Assembly (NCBI GenBank): GCA_963667015.2
Contig: CAXXJJ010000001.1
Coordinates: forward strand, 1,376,001-1,440,000
DNA length: 64,000 bases
Origin: Desulfatiglandales bacterium
GTDB taxonomy: Bacteria; Desulfobacterota; DSM-4660; Desulfatiglandales; HGW-15
Direction: 5' to 3'
The translations under genes and the position numbers were made by a program. Below are positions 20,546 to 31,240 of this stretch, one piece after another. The first letter of the stretch is position 1, and each line of letters opens with the position of its first letter. The notes under the pieces are model-generated. The model ran no database searches and was not told the origin of the DNA. It worked only from the letters and a program-made list of their open reading frames with translations.

Positions 20546-20759
20546 ATGCAGCAGGCTTAAAGAGATACTTGAAGCCCAGATAGATATAATAGAACGACAC
20601 GTTGACGACCATAAATGGTTTTTGCAGATAGAAGACAGGAATGAAGCCGTTCGCGATTTTATTGAAAAATACGGTTTTATCATGAGAGAATTCTATTGCT
20701 CCAGGATTTGCGAAGAAAGATTTACCTGTAAGGTAGCAAGTCAATACAATCCAAAATAG
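20535..20759 (+). CDS. Small conserved-looking hypothetical protein with C-terminal Cys cluster
   Basis: IERHVDDHKWF...REFYCSRICEERFTC; coupled to flanking genes. Confidence 0.65.
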   Translation: MQNECSRLKEILEAQIDIIERHVDDHKWFLQIEDRNEAVRDFIEKYGFIMREFYCSRICEERFTCKVASQYNPK

Positions 20760-20779
20760 CTGGTTAAAGAGGCGTCCCC

Positions 20780-23122
20780 TTGAAGAAAAAGATCACTGTT
20801 TCGGTCAGGAATCTGGTCGAATATTCCTGCAGGGCAGGGGACCTGTCATTTGACGGCTTCTCACAAATTAATCCCCGTGATGCTATTTTTGCACACCAGA
20901 AGGTTCAAAAGTCCCGTCCGGCAGAATACACCGGTGAGGTTACTGTTACCAGGGAGTTTGAAACCGATAATCACATCCTTGAAGTCAACGGCCGCATGGA
21001 CGGCATATTCAGGTACCCGGATTCCATAATAATAGAAGAAATAAAGACTACCACAAGGAATCTCGAATATTATGAGAAAGCGGTAAATCCGGTCCACTGG
21101 GCACAGCTTAAGGTATATTGCTATATATGCATGCTGCAGGAAGAGCTTGATGAAATTTCAGGTCAGCTTGCCTATTATCAGCTTGATACCGGAAAACTTA
21201 AGGAGATCAGAGAGACTTACAGCAGGGCAGAGCTGGAGTCCTTTTTTTATGACCTGTCCTCCCGTTATCTGAAGAGGATTGAGAGCCTTGAGAAATGGTG
21301 GATTATCCGTGATAACTCAATAAAAACACTTGAATTTCCCTTCAGCAGTTACCGTCCCGGTCAGAGGGAGATGGCAGTTGAGGTTTACGGCGCTATCCTG
21401 CAGGAAAGGGAGATACTGGTACAGGCCGCAACCGGGATAGGGAAAACCATGTCAACTCTGTTTCCTTCCATAAAGGCAATGGCAGAAGGGCTTTCCTCAA
21501 AGATCTTTTACCTTACAGCAAGAACAACCGGAAAGGATTCGGCAGAATCTGCGATCTATGAAATGCGGCAAAAGGGATTAAGGATTAAGTCTCTGACCAT
21601 CACTGCAAAGGATAAGATCTGCTTCAAGCGTGACAGTGCATGTTCTCCGGATGAATGTGAATATGCCAGGGGTTATTTTGACAGAGTAGATGAGGCGGAG
21701 GAACAGTTTTTTAATGAAGATTGTTTTTCACAGTCCGCAATTGAACGGATAGCCTCAACCTGTATGATCTGCCCCTTTGAATTCAGCCTGGGGCTTTCCC
21801 TCATGGCGGATGTAATTATATGCGACTATAATTATGTTTTCGACCCAAGGGTATATCTGAGGAGGTTTTTCCTTGATGAAAAAAATGATTCCACACTCCT
21901 TATTGATGAAGCGCACAACCTTGTGGACAGATCAAGGGAGATGTTTTCTGCAGAAATAATTAAACAGTCCTTTCTTGATGTCAGAAGAGCAGTCAAAGAA
22001 GACCTGCCGAATATTTATAAAAAGCTGGGCAGTATCAATTCCAGCCTGATCAAATATCGTAAAAAATGTGATGAAGAGAGCGGGAGCATTCTTATTGAGC
22101 ATGATGGACCAGTAGAACTGCTTCCATCTCTCAGGCATTTTTTGAAGGCCGCAGAAGAGTGGTTTGCACTTAACATTCCTTCACCCTTTAAGGATACCCT
22201 GCTTGAGCTCTACTTCAGTGTAAGAACATTTTCAAGGATACTCGAAGAGTATGATGAGACCTACAGGACCATTTACGAATCAGCAGGAAAGGATTTAAGG
22301 CTGAAGCTTTTCTGTATTGATCCATCTGCAGGGCTAAGCAGGACATTCAATAAAAACAGGGCAGCAGTATTTTTTTCCGCAACCATGTCTCCCCCTCACT
22401 ATTTTAAAAGACTGTTCGGATGCAGTGAAGGTACAAGGAATATCGAAATCCCTTCACCCTTTCCTCCTGAAAATCTTTGCCTGGTCATATACGGCGGAGT
22501 TTCAACCCTTTATAAAAACAGGGAAGCTACCAAGGCCTCTGCTGCCGGACTCATAAGCCCGGTTATTGATTCGAAAAAGGGTAATTACCTGTTGTTTTTC
22601 CCTTCATATACGTACATGAACATGGTGACCGGGCTGTTTGAACCGGAAAAAACCGGTTTTGAAATGATTATCCAGAATCCGGGGATGACCCATGAAGAAC
22701 GGGATAATTTTTTGAGCCGTTTTTCTACGGGCAATGAATCTACTCTTGTGGCTTTTGCCGTTATGGGAGGAATATTTGGCGAGGGTATCGATCTCACCGG
22801 TGAGAGATTGTCAGGGGCAGTAATATATGGCGTGGGGCTTCCGGGAATATCTCCCGAGAGGGATATTATCAGGGATTATTTCGCAGAGAGCGATCAGGCT
22901 GGCTTTGAATATGCCTATCTCTATCCCGGTATAAACAGGGTGCTTCAGGCTGCCGGAAGAGTGATCCGCTCGGAAAATGACAGGGGAGTGGTTGTCCTGG
23001 TCGATGACAGGTACAGGAGTTACAGATATAAATCCCTTTTTCCTGCGGGCTGGAGTCCGGTTGCAGTGAATTCAAAATCCGAACTGGATCGTGTGCTGAA
23101 AAAATTCTGGAATGGAAAATAG
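20780..23122 (+). CDS. DinG/Rad3-family Fe-S helicase with N-terminal PD-(D/E)xK nuclease domain
   Basis: GRMDG...IEEIKT...QLKVY; ATGIGKT; Cys ligands CFK..AC..EC...CPFE; DEAHN; SAT; QAAGRVIR. Confidence 0.9.
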   Translation: MKKKITVSVRNLVEYSCRAGDLSFDGFSQINPRDAIFAHQKVQKSRPAEYTGEVTVTREFETDNHILEVNGRMDGIFRYPDSIIIEEIKTTTRNLEYYEKAVNPVHWAQLKVYCYICMLQEELDEISGQLAYYQLDTGKLKEIRETYSRAELESFFYDLSSRYLKRIESLEKWWIIRDNSIKTLEFPFSSYRPGQREMAVEVYGAILQEREILVQAATGIGKTMSTLFPSIKAMAEGLSSKIFYLTARTTGKDSAESAIYEMRQKGLRIKSLTITAKDKICFKRDSACSPDECEYARGYFDRVDEAEEQFFNEDCFSQSAIERIASTCMICPFEFSLGLSLMADVIICDYNYVFDPRVYLRRFFLDEKNDSTLLIDEAHNLVDRSREMFSAEIIKQSFLDVRRAVKEDLPNIYKKLGSINSSLIKYRKKCDEESGSILIEHDGPVELLPSLRHFLKAAEEWFALNIPSPFKDTLLELYFSVRTFSRILEEYDETYRTIYESAGKDLRLKLFCIDPSAGLSRTFNKNRAAVFFSATMSPPHYFKRLFGCSEGTRNIEIPSPFPPENLCLVIYGGVSTLYKNREATKASAAGLISPVIDSKKGNYLLFFPSYTYMNMVTGLFEPEKTGFEMIIQNPGMTHEERDNFLSRFSTGNESTLVAFAVMGGIFGEGIDLTGERLSGAVIYGVGLPGISPERDIIRDYFAESDQAGFEYAYLYPGINRVLQAAGRVIRSENDRGVVVLVDDRYRSYRYKSLFPAGWSPVAVNSKSELDRVLKKFWNGK

Positions 23123-23307
23123 TAGAGAAAGGTTCTTGTCGCGGGGAGGTTTTTGCGAAGACGGATTAAACCTGTCTCCCTGGTATGAAGTTCGACTTGA
23201 AATTATTCCTTGAGAAGCATTGGTTTACATGGTAATAGAGTCTCATAGGTTGGCAGATAGCTAACTTATTGAAAATGAAGTATATTTATCTTTAAGGCAA
23301 GAATAGA

Positions 23308-24303
23308 ATGATAATAGAACAGGCAAAAGAAGTATTAAAAATTGAGGCACAGGGTATCCTTGATCTTGTTGATCGTATTGGGCCTGAATTTGAAAAGGCT
23401 GTGCAGATAATTGTTAAATCAAGAGGCCGGGTAATCATAACCGGTATGGGTAAATCAGGGCTTGTGGGCAGAAAAATTTCTGCTACCATGAGCAGTACCG
23501 GAACTCCTTCTATCTTTATGCATCCGGCCGAGGCCCTTCATGGAGATCTTGGCATGGTAACCAGGGAAGATGTTGTCCTGGCTATCTCAAACGGCGGTCA
23601 CACGCATGAAATCAATAAAATTCTCCCAATGATAAAGAAAGACATGGGAGCAAAGATAATCAGTTTTACGGGCAATGTTGAGTCTCCAATGGCCCGGATG
23701 AGCGATGTGGTGATCGATGTAAAGGTTGAAAGGGAGGCATGTCCAATAACAATGGCACCTACAACAAGTACTACAGCAACAGTTGCCATGGGAGATGCCA
23801 TGGCTGTCGTGCTCATGAAGCTCAGAAGGTTCGGGCAGAAGGATTTTAAGCGGTTTCATCCCGGCGGAACCCTTGGCGAAAGACTCGGCACCAAGGTAAA
23901 GGAAGTCATGTTCGCGGGCGATAATATCCCGGTGGTGAATGCCGGAACAAAGGTATATGACGCCATCGTGGAGATAGATTCAAAGGGAATCGGCGTAACT
24001 GTTGTAGTTGATCATGAAAGAAGGGTAAAAGGCATCCTGACTGACGGCGACCTGAGAAGGGCGCTCATGAAACAGGAGAGCATATACTCTCTGGTTGTTG
24101 ATGATGTAATGACACCCTCGCCAAGGGGCATTGACGAGAACATGTCAGCGGCCGAGGCCCTGCAGATCATGGAATTATATCAGATAACACACCTTATAAT
24201 CCTGGATGAAGAAAAGCGGCTCAGGGGAATACTGCACCTTCATGATATCCTGGGAAAAGAGGAATTCAGACTCAATGGCGGGTTTACTCCTTCCAATGAT
24301 TGA
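23308..24303 (+). CDS. kdsD: Arabinose-5-phosphate isomerase (KpsF/GutQ; SIS + CBS)
   Basis: GMGKSG, HPAEALHGDLG, APTTST, FHPGG, TDGDLRR. Confidence 0.93.
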   Translation: MIIEQAKEVLKIEAQGILDLVDRIGPEFEKAVQIIVKSRGRVIITGMGKSGLVGRKISATMSSTGTPSIFMHPAEALHGDLGMVTREDVVLAISNGGHTHEINKILPMIKKDMGAKIISFTGNVESPMARMSDVVIDVKVEREACPITMAPTTSTTATVAMGDAMAVVLMKLRRFGQKDFKRFHPGGTLGERLGTKVKEVMFAGDNIPVVNAGTKVYDAIVEIDSKGIGVTVVVDHERRVKGILTDGDLRRALMKQESIYSLVVDDVMTPSPRGIDENMSAAEALQIMELYQITHLIILDEEKRLRGILHLHDILGKEEFRLNGGFTPSND

Positions 24304-24313
24304 TGATTAGTGA

Positions 24314-24347
24314 CGCATCCGCCATAGCTTTAGCGACGGCGGATGCG
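24314..24347. repeat. REP-like hairpin / bidirectional terminator
   Basis: CGCATCCGCC-ATAGCTTTAGCGAC-GGCGGATGCG between convergent genes. Confidence 0.6.
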
Positions 24348-24355
24348 CCTAGTCT

Positions 24356-25078
24356 TTATTTCATTTCCCTGATCCTTACCTCAATATCCTTTTCATCCTT
24401 AAGAAGGTCAACCAGTTTAGAGGTATCGGTTTCACCATAATGATAGGGATAAAGGAGGGAGGGCCTGAAGGCCTTTGCTGCATCGGCCGCCATTTCGGGG
24501 GTCATGGTATAAGGGCGGTTCATCGGCAGGAATGCTATATCGATCCCCTTTAACGTCTTCATTTCTGGAATATTTTCCGTGTCTCCGGCCACATAAACCT
24601 TTTTATCTCCGAATGTTATGATATAACCGTTTCCCTTTCCCTTTGGATGAAAAGATGTGTCAGGGGCAATATTATATGCAGGTACTGCCTCGATCTTAAA
24701 TCCTGATACGGTTTTTTTATCACCGTTTTTCATTACTGTCCCTTCTCCGATCTGTTGCCTGCATGTCTCGGTAAGGATAATTTGGGTGCTGTCTTTTTTG
24801 AGGGCATCTATAGCCTTTTTATCGAGGTGATCCATGTGTTCATGAGTGACAAGGATAATGTCGGCCTTTGGCAGATCCTTGTAATCAGTAAACCTGGTCC
24901 ATGGATCGACATGAATAACCTTCCCCTCAAAGGAAAACATAAGGGTGCCATGACCGATAAAGGTTATTTCCAGATTACCATCTGATGTTTTTATTTTATC
25001 CATCTGAAATCCTCCCTGTGCATATCCAAAAACGGGTAAAAAAAGCAATAGAAGAAAGATTGTGATCCTGATTTTCAT
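24356..25078 (-). CDS. Secreted MBL-fold metal-dependent hydrolase
   Basis: Signal peptide; IGHG, THEHMDH, AGDT, PYHY. Confidence 0.9.
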   Translation of the reverse strand: MKIRITIFLLLLFLPVFGYAQGGFQMDKIKTSDGNLEITFIGHGTLMFSFEGKVIHVDPWTRFTDYKDLPKADIILVTHEHMDHLDKKAIDALKKDSTQIILTETCRQQIGEGTVMKNGDKKTVSGFKIEAVPAYNIAPDTSFHPKGKGNGYIITFGDKKVYVAGDTENIPEMKTLKGIDIAFLPMNRPYTMTPEMAADAAKAFRPSLLYPYHYGETDTSKLVDLLKDEKDIEVRIREMK

Positions 25079-25442
25079 GTTATGCCTCCATGTGATGAAT
25101 ATTGGAAAGACTAAAATTGATTTTGACGATGATAATCCAAATACCCGATTTTGTCTATTTTTGTTCTTTAAATTAGGCGATTGTTCGATATTGACACTTA
25201 TTAGTTCATATACTATACTTCTTCGAAATAAATTGAGTTTAAAAAAAATATATAAAGAAATAATAACGACCGATAAAGAAGATTTCCTCTACCAAAGTGT
25301 GTATCCTGACAAGAGTTTTTGTTTTCACAGCCTTTATTTTTCTGCTAACCAGCTGATAAAAGCATTATCACAAAAATAAATCCAAATACTCCGGCAACAC
25401 TGTTGTTAGATAATCGGTTTGTTTATAATGGGGTTAAAATAA

Positions 25443-26666
25443 ATGATTGAGCAGATGTATAATGAGTCAAATATAAAGACACCGGGCCAGTTGGGTGTTG
25501 GGGTCATGATGGTGTTTGTGGCAATACTTACGGCCTTTCCAATGATGGCAACGGATATGTATATGCCCGCGCTTCCCTCTATTAAGGCAGAGTTGAACAC
25601 TACTATTGAGCTGGTCAATGTTACATTGTCCGGATTCTTTTTTGTGATAAGCATCAGCGGACTGGTATTCGGCCCCCTGTCTGACAGGTATGGCCGAAAA
25701 CCAGTCATTATGGTGGCATTAACACTGTATGTTCTTGCAAGTGTATCCTGTGCGCTCAGCCCGAATATCTATTTTCTGATCGTTTCAAGATTGTTTCAGG
25801 CAATAGGCTGCGCGGGTGGAATGGCTGTTTCCACGGCTATTATTAAAGATTTTTTTCCTCCTGAGGCAAAGGAAAAGGCCTTTGCCATCATAGGCGCCTT
25901 AACCGGTTTTGTTCCTGTAACCGCACCGATTTTAGGGGCATGGATACTGGCATTTACCTCATGGCGCGGGGCCTTTGTAGTTCTGGCAATACTGGGATTT
26001 ATTACATTGATATTCGGAATTTTCTACAAGGAAACCAACCTTGAGCGTTCTAACGACAGCATTCCTGCTTCAATGGGAAAACTCTTTGTTGTGCTTTTCA
26101 ATCCATCTTTTGCGAGGCTGGTATTTTTGTTTGCACTGGCTCCACTGGGCATGATGGCCTTTGTCGGTATATCATCCTTTATATTTCAACAGACCTTCGG
26201 TGTGAGTGAGCAGGTATACAGTTATTATTTTGCGGCTAATGCAGTTGTGAGTGTTCTTGTTGCCATAGCCTATATCCGGATTTCTCAGATTATTAAACCC
26301 GTCGTGTTGATCACCATCAGTTTTATTTTGAGCATTATAAGCGGTATTCTCACAATCCTTATCGGTGAATTGCATCCCGCACTTTTTCTGGCTACCATTG
26401 CTATAGGAAGTGCCGCCTTTGCCCTCCAGAGGCCGCCGTCCATGAACCTTATGATAGAACAGCAGGACAAAAATGCCGGGTCGGCATCATCTCTGATGTT
26501 TTGTTTTATGGGTTCCTTCGGGAGCCTTGGTCTTGTATTTATTTCCATGGACTGGAGCAACCGGATTGTTATCCTGGGTATAATGAATGTAGTGCTTGGC
26601 ACATTAAGTACATTGTTCTGGCTATATGCAAAAAACAGGTGTAAAATGCCGAAAAACATGATGTAA
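25443..26666 (+). CDS. Bcr/CflA-family MFS efflux transporter
   Basis: TDMYMPALP, GPLSDRYGRKPV. Confidence 0.9.
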   Translation: MIEQMYNESNIKTPGQLGVGVMMVFVAILTAFPMMATDMYMPALPSIKAELNTTIELVNVTLSGFFFVISISGLVFGPLSDRYGRKPVIMVALTLYVLASVSCALSPNIYFLIVSRLFQAIGCAGGMAVSTAIIKDFFPPEAKEKAFAIIGALTGFVPVTAPILGAWILAFTSWRGAFVVLAILGFITLIFGIFYKETNLERSNDSIPASMGKLFVVLFNPSFARLVFLFALAPLGMMAFVGISSFIFQQTFGVSEQVYSYYFAANAVVSVLVAIAYIRISQIIKPVVLITISFILSIISGILTILIGELHPALFLATIAIGSAAFALQRPPSMNLMIEQQDKNAGSASSLMFCFMGSFGSLGLVFISMDWSNRIVILGIMNVVLGTLSTLFWLYAKNRCKMPKNMM

Positions 26667-26678
26667 GACTGGAAAAAT

Positions 26679-27137
26679 ATGACAAACTACATTAAACACC
26701 CGATACTGGAAAAAATTATAAGCTTTTTAATCAGCATAATAATAGTCCTCATAATTTTTGTTGGTATCATCGGTATAATTTTCCCTTTAATGATCGAGGC
26801 AAGAATAGAACATATAAAAATTATATCTTTGATACCAACCCTGATTGGCGCATTGATAATTCTTGCGGCAAGGCGCTGGCCGGTATTTCGTTTTATTTCA
26901 TTTATTAAAAAACCCGGGGACTATGAGACAAAGGGCTGCGACTTTATTGGTTCGTTGATTATCGGCTTATCTTTTCTGTTAGCAGGGGTGCTCTATATGC
27001 GTACAAAAAATCCCAATATGATGCTTATCCCGTTTATCGGGGGGGCTGCCATTGTAAGGATAATGATATTTTATATTAATAACAAAATCAGTAAACGGGA
27101 GATAGAAATATCAATCCCTCCGGAGGAAGAAAAATAA
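26679..27137 (+). CDS. Hypothetical membrane protein
   Basis: About four hydrophobic segments; directly downstream of the MFS gene. Confidence 0.6.
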   Translation: MTNYIKHPILEKIISFLISIIIVLIIFVGIIGIIFPLMIEARIEHIKIISLIPTLIGALIILAARRWPVFRFISFIKKPGDYETKGCDFIGSLIIGLSFLLAGVLYMRTKNPNMMLIPFIGGAAIVRIMIFYINNKISKREIEISIPPEEEK

Positions 27138-27157
27138 TTTTCTGTTGATCCGGATTT

Positions 27158-29152
27158 TTACATATATGCCGCAGCCCTGAATGCTGACATAATCGCAGGC
27201 CCAACATTTCCCGATTTTACTGCATCACCTACAACATAAACCTCTGTCTCAGGGACGCTTCTCCTCAGTTCATCAGCAACATCATGCCTTGGCGTAACAC
27301 CCAGGGCCAAAAGTACCGTATCGGCAGGCAGTTCAAGTTTTTCGGATGTGTTTGTGTTTTCACATATTATGCTGCTGTCGGTAATTTCCATAAGTTTATA
27401 GCTGTTGTACACCGGGATCTCCAGTTTTTTTATCAGGCCGATAAGCTCTATTGAAACACCTCCTGATGATTTAAAGAGGTGCGACAGATCGGGTGCCATT
27501 TCAATTAGCACAACATCCCTGCCATTCTGCTTTAGTTCAATGGCATACTCCACACCGACTGAACCCGCGCCTATAACAGCTGTTTTTTCACCAATCTCTA
27601 AATCCTTCGACTCAACATCAGGGGCCCAGTGAACATGGGGTTTATTTATGCCTGGAAGATCCGGTATTATTGGTCTTGCACCTACTGCGATTATCAGGCC
27701 GTCATATTTTTCAGCATCCAGGATCTCCCTTGTCGCCTCGGTGTTAAGAAGTACCTTTGTCCGGGTCTTGTTAAGCTGACAAAGCAGGTATTTAATATAA
27801 TCCCTCAGGTCCTGTTTAAATGAATGTACAGCGCCCAGTATAAGGTTCCCTCCTAGTTTATCACTCTTTTCATAAAGCGTAACATCGTGTCCACGTTCGC
27901 AGAGTGTAATTGCCGCCTGAATACCGGCAGGACCTCCGCCCACAATGGCGACCCTCTTCTTTTCTTTTGCTTCCGATACCCTGTTGCCGGGAAATTCAAC
28001 CTCATTGCCAAGAAAAGGATTTACAGCACAGTTGATAACCGCAGGAATCATCAGGCGGCTTCCGCAATACTGACACCGCAGGCAGGGCCGGTGATCCTCT
28101 TCTCTGCCCAGTGCATACTTGCGCGGAAGCTCCGGATCTGCCAGCAGGGGACGGCACATTGCAACAAAATCCGCCTTGCCGCTTTCAATGATTTCATCGG
28201 CATCCTTTATGTTCATAATTGAACCCACAGTGCATACAAGCAGATCAGAGAATGCCTTTTTTATTTTTCCGGCCCAGTGCACATTGTAATTCCGGGGCAT
28301 CATATAGTTCTGCCACCATTCACGCATAAGTTCAAAATCAGTGTGAAGCCCGGCTGATACGTGCAGGATATCTACCCTGTTTTTTATCAGTTCTATAAAT
28401 TGGAGGGTTTCATCAAAATGCATTCCATCCGGGTGAATCTCATCCGCCGAGATACGGTATTCTATGACAAAGTCTTCTCCCACAAGCTCCCGTGTCCTGT
28501 CAAGAACCTCCAGTGCAAAGCGCGCCCTGTTTTCAAGTGAACCGCCGTATTTATCGGTGCGGAAGTTATGCAGGCGGCTTGCAAACTGAGAGATCAGATT
28601 GCCATGCCCGCCGTGTATCATGGCGGTATTAAACCCGGCCCTTTTGCATCTGAAGGCTGCCATGGCGAATTTTTCGACAATCTCCCTTATCTTCTCATGG
28701 CTCATCTCCTGTGTAGGAACAGGTTCTCTGCCGGCCTTCTTTGCGAGCATCATTTCAAAGGGCCTTATATATGACGAAGGCGCTATTGCAGGGGTATGAT
28801 ACCTGTCATATGGGGCATCCATTCCCATATGGTTTATCTCGAGAGACGGCTGCACACCGTAACCCAGGCACATCTCGGCATAACGGGTAAGTGGAAGGAT
28901 AAAGTCATTCCTGCCAAGATCGAGCTGGCGTTCTTCATCACGGGCCTCACTGAGATCGATAATTGAATTTCCGACAGATATTACTGCCGCGCCCCCCTTT
29001 GCAACGGATCTGAAACACTCTACAAACTCCGGGGTTACCCTGCCGTCCGGATCGGCCAGGTTGGGTGAAGGCGGTGCCATTTCAATGCGGTTCTTAAAGT
29101 CGACTCCCCTTATACGAATTGGTGCAAATACATGCCTGTAGATAGATCCCAT
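27158..29152 (-). CDS. NADH:flavin oxidoreductase (OYE barrel + 4Fe-4S + FAD; enoate/dienoyl-CoA reductase-like)
   Basis: HGGHGNL, RTDKYGGSLENRAR, CLRCQYC...CAVNP, GGGPAG. Confidence 0.92.
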   Translation of the reverse strand: MGSIYRHVFAPIRIRGVDFKNRIEMAPPSPNLADPDGRVTPEFVECFRSVAKGGAAVISVGNSIIDLSEARDEERQLDLGRNDFILPLTRYAEMCLGYGVQPSLEINHMGMDAPYDRYHTPAIAPSSYIRPFEMMLAKKAGREPVPTQEMSHEKIREIVEKFAMAAFRCKRAGFNTAMIHGGHGNLISQFASRLHNFRTDKYGGSLENRARFALEVLDRTRELVGEDFVIEYRISADEIHPDGMHFDETLQFIELIKNRVDILHVSAGLHTDFELMREWWQNYMMPRNYNVHWAGKIKKAFSDLLVCTVGSIMNIKDADEIIESGKADFVAMCRPLLADPELPRKYALGREEDHRPCLRCQYCGSRLMIPAVINCAVNPFLGNEVEFPGNRVSEAKEKKRVAIVGGGPAGIQAAITLCERGHDVTLYEKSDKLGGNLILGAVHSFKQDLRDYIKYLLCQLNKTRTKVLLNTEATREILDAEKYDGLIIAVGARPIIPDLPGINKPHVHWAPDVESKDLEIGEKTAVIGAGSVGVEYAIELKQNGRDVVLIEMAPDLSHLFKSSGGVSIELIGLIKKLEIPVYNSYKLMEITDSSIICENTNTSEKLELPADTVLLALGVTPRHDVADELRRSVPETEVYVVGDAVKSGNVGPAIMSAFRAAAYM

Positions 29153-29375
29153 TTTCAGCTCCTTTTAGTATGAAATGAAAATAAGGCTGTTGTGAAGAGA
29201 ACAGGAATATATTTACTCTAAAACCGGAAAAAGATCAAAGATAACCCGGATGTTATAAATTAATGCGTTAATAAATGATAAATTGACAATAACAACGCGT
29301 TGTTTTATAGTAAAAATCAAAAATAAACGGCATAATAGATGTATTAAATCAATATTAAATAAATTAAAAAATAAT

Positions 29376-30740
29376 ATGAATAGATTTACCTCAAATATAC
29401 TTAATGAATGGTTTGGAAGCAGTAACCGGAAACCCATGGTAATTCGAGGTGCCCGTCAGACGGGAAAGACCTGGCTGGTGCGTGATTTTGCCGAACAGAA
29501 CGGTCTTCGCTTAATCGAATTGAACCTTGAAAAATTTCCCGGAAAAGCAGATCTTTTTTCTGCTGCTGATCCGCGGGAGATTATTAAAAATATTGAGGTT
29601 GATTTGGGGACAATGATTAATCCTGAATCTACATGTCTTTTTCTTGATGAAATTCAATCTGCTCCTGAGCTCTTCTCAAAACTTCGCTGGTTTAAAGAGG
29701 ATATCCCCGAGCTTCCAATAATTGCTGCCGGATCATTGTTGGAATTTGCATTGACTAAATCTCAATACAGTATGCCGGTGGGGCGTATTACCTACTTATA
29801 TCTGGAACCCATGTCTTTTTTTGAATTTGTGCTGGCATCGGGAAAAGAACAGCTTTATCAAAGATTGATGGAACTGGATGTAAAAAGCCAGATACCTCAA
29901 ACAATACATGAACAGTATATGGAGCTATATTATCAGTATTGCCTGACAGGGGGGATGCCTGAGTCTGTCCAAGCCTGGGTCGATACGAATGATTTACAGA
30001 ATTGCATTAAGATACAACATGATTTGTTGTCTACATACCGGGATGATTTTTATAAATACGGCGGAGACATTGATGCCAGACTTCTTAATAAAATCATGCT
30101 TTCGGTAGCGGAACAGCTTGGAAATAAATTCATCTACAGCCGTGTTGATCAAGGTATACAGGTGCCTGTTATTAAAAAGTCTCTGACATTATTGTTTCAG
30201 GCAAGGGTCTGTTCCATGATCGCACACACAAGCGGGAACGGACTTCCTCTGGGTGCACAATCAAATGATAAATTTTTCAAGGCACTGATGCTGGATGTTG
30301 GCCTGATTTCCGCCCAGCTTGGTTTATCATCATCAAAACCGGTACAAACAAAGGAAATGATTTTTACCAATAAAGGGGGAATTGCGGAACAGTTTGTCGG
30401 ACAACAATTGAGGTCCGCTCAGGCAAATACAACCGATCCTCAGCTTTTTTACTGGCAGAGGACAGGTGGGAGACTTGGAGAAATAGACTATATTATTCAA
30501 CATGGTAATAAAATTGTTCCGGTAGAGGTGAAATCAGGTGCAGCAGGAAGAATGAAATCTCTTCATCAATTCATGGCAGAAAAAAAACTCGGGTTTGCTG
30601 TTCGTATTGACTCCAATACTCCTAGAGTAGAAGATCTTGACCTGAAAACAACTTCAGGACAACCGGTAAAATATCGACTGCTTTCGATCCCTTTATATTT
30701 AGCAGGTCGCATGGAGGAGTTAATTGATGAAGTATCATAA
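29376..30740 (+). CDS. AAA ATPase with DUF4143 (restriction-like) C-terminus
   Basis: GARQTGKT, FLDEIQ, GS, GGMPE, EIDY...PVEVKSG. Confidence 0.9.
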   Translation: MNRFTSNILNEWFGSSNRKPMVIRGARQTGKTWLVRDFAEQNGLRLIELNLEKFPGKADLFSAADPREIIKNIEVDLGTMINPESTCLFLDEIQSAPELFSKLRWFKEDIPELPIIAAGSLLEFALTKSQYSMPVGRITYLYLEPMSFFEFVLASGKEQLYQRLMELDVKSQIPQTIHEQYMELYYQYCLTGGMPESVQAWVDTNDLQNCIKIQHDLLSTYRDDFYKYGGDIDARLLNKIMLSVAEQLGNKFIYSRVDQGIQVPVIKKSLTLLFQARVCSMIAHTSGNGLPLGAQSNDKFFKALMLDVGLISAQLGLSSSKPVQTKEMIFTNKGGIAEQFVGQQLRSAQANTTDPQLFYWQRTGGRLGEIDYIIQHGNKIVPVEVKSGAAGRMKSLHQFMAEKKLGFAVRIDSNTPRVEDLDLKTTSGQPVKYRLLSIPLYLAGRMEELIDEVS

Positions 30741-30800
30741 AAATTGTGATTCTGATATTTAGATATTTTACTAGAGAAATAATTAAGGGAGGTAAAGAGA

Positions 30801-31205
30801 ATGGCTGAATCAAGATTTTCAAAATACATACTGGAAACACCCAAAGGAAAATTACATACCGGAGAAGTATTTGAGGGATTCCTCGCCAGCCCTGACAAAC
30901 TTGGAGTCGATTGCCAGATTCTCTATTCAGTAATAACGAAGGCGGATCTTGAGGGTGATGAAACAGAACCGCATACCCATGACTTCTCCCATGTAATGTG
31001 TTTTTTCGGAAACAATCCCAATGATAAATATGATTTTGATGCGGATATTGAATTTTATATGGAAGGGGAACCGCAGATTATCAATAAGCCATCCATAGTA
31101 ACTGTCCCGGCCGGAATGTCTCACTGCCCCCTTATTTTCAAAAGAATTGGTAAACCTGTTACGTGGGTGGAGGTAATGCTTACGTCCAGCTATGACAGGG
31201 AATAA
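30801..31205 (+). CDS. Cupin-fold protein
   Basis: PHTHDF...VPAGMSHCP. Confidence 0.75.
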   Translation: MAESRFSKYILETPKGKLHTGEVFEGFLASPDKLGVDCQILYSVITKADLEGDETEPHTHDFSHVMCFFGNNPNDKYDFDADIEFYMEGEPQIINKPSIVTVPAGMSHCPLIFKRIGKPVTWVEVMLTSSYDRE

Positions 31206-31240
31206 TTTTTTAAGTATTAGATCATGAAAGAGAGAGAAGA

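Noticed and set aside
20780..23122. Type IV CRISPR CasDinG or Cas4
   Set aside because: No cas genes or array nearby; housekeeping neighbourhood.
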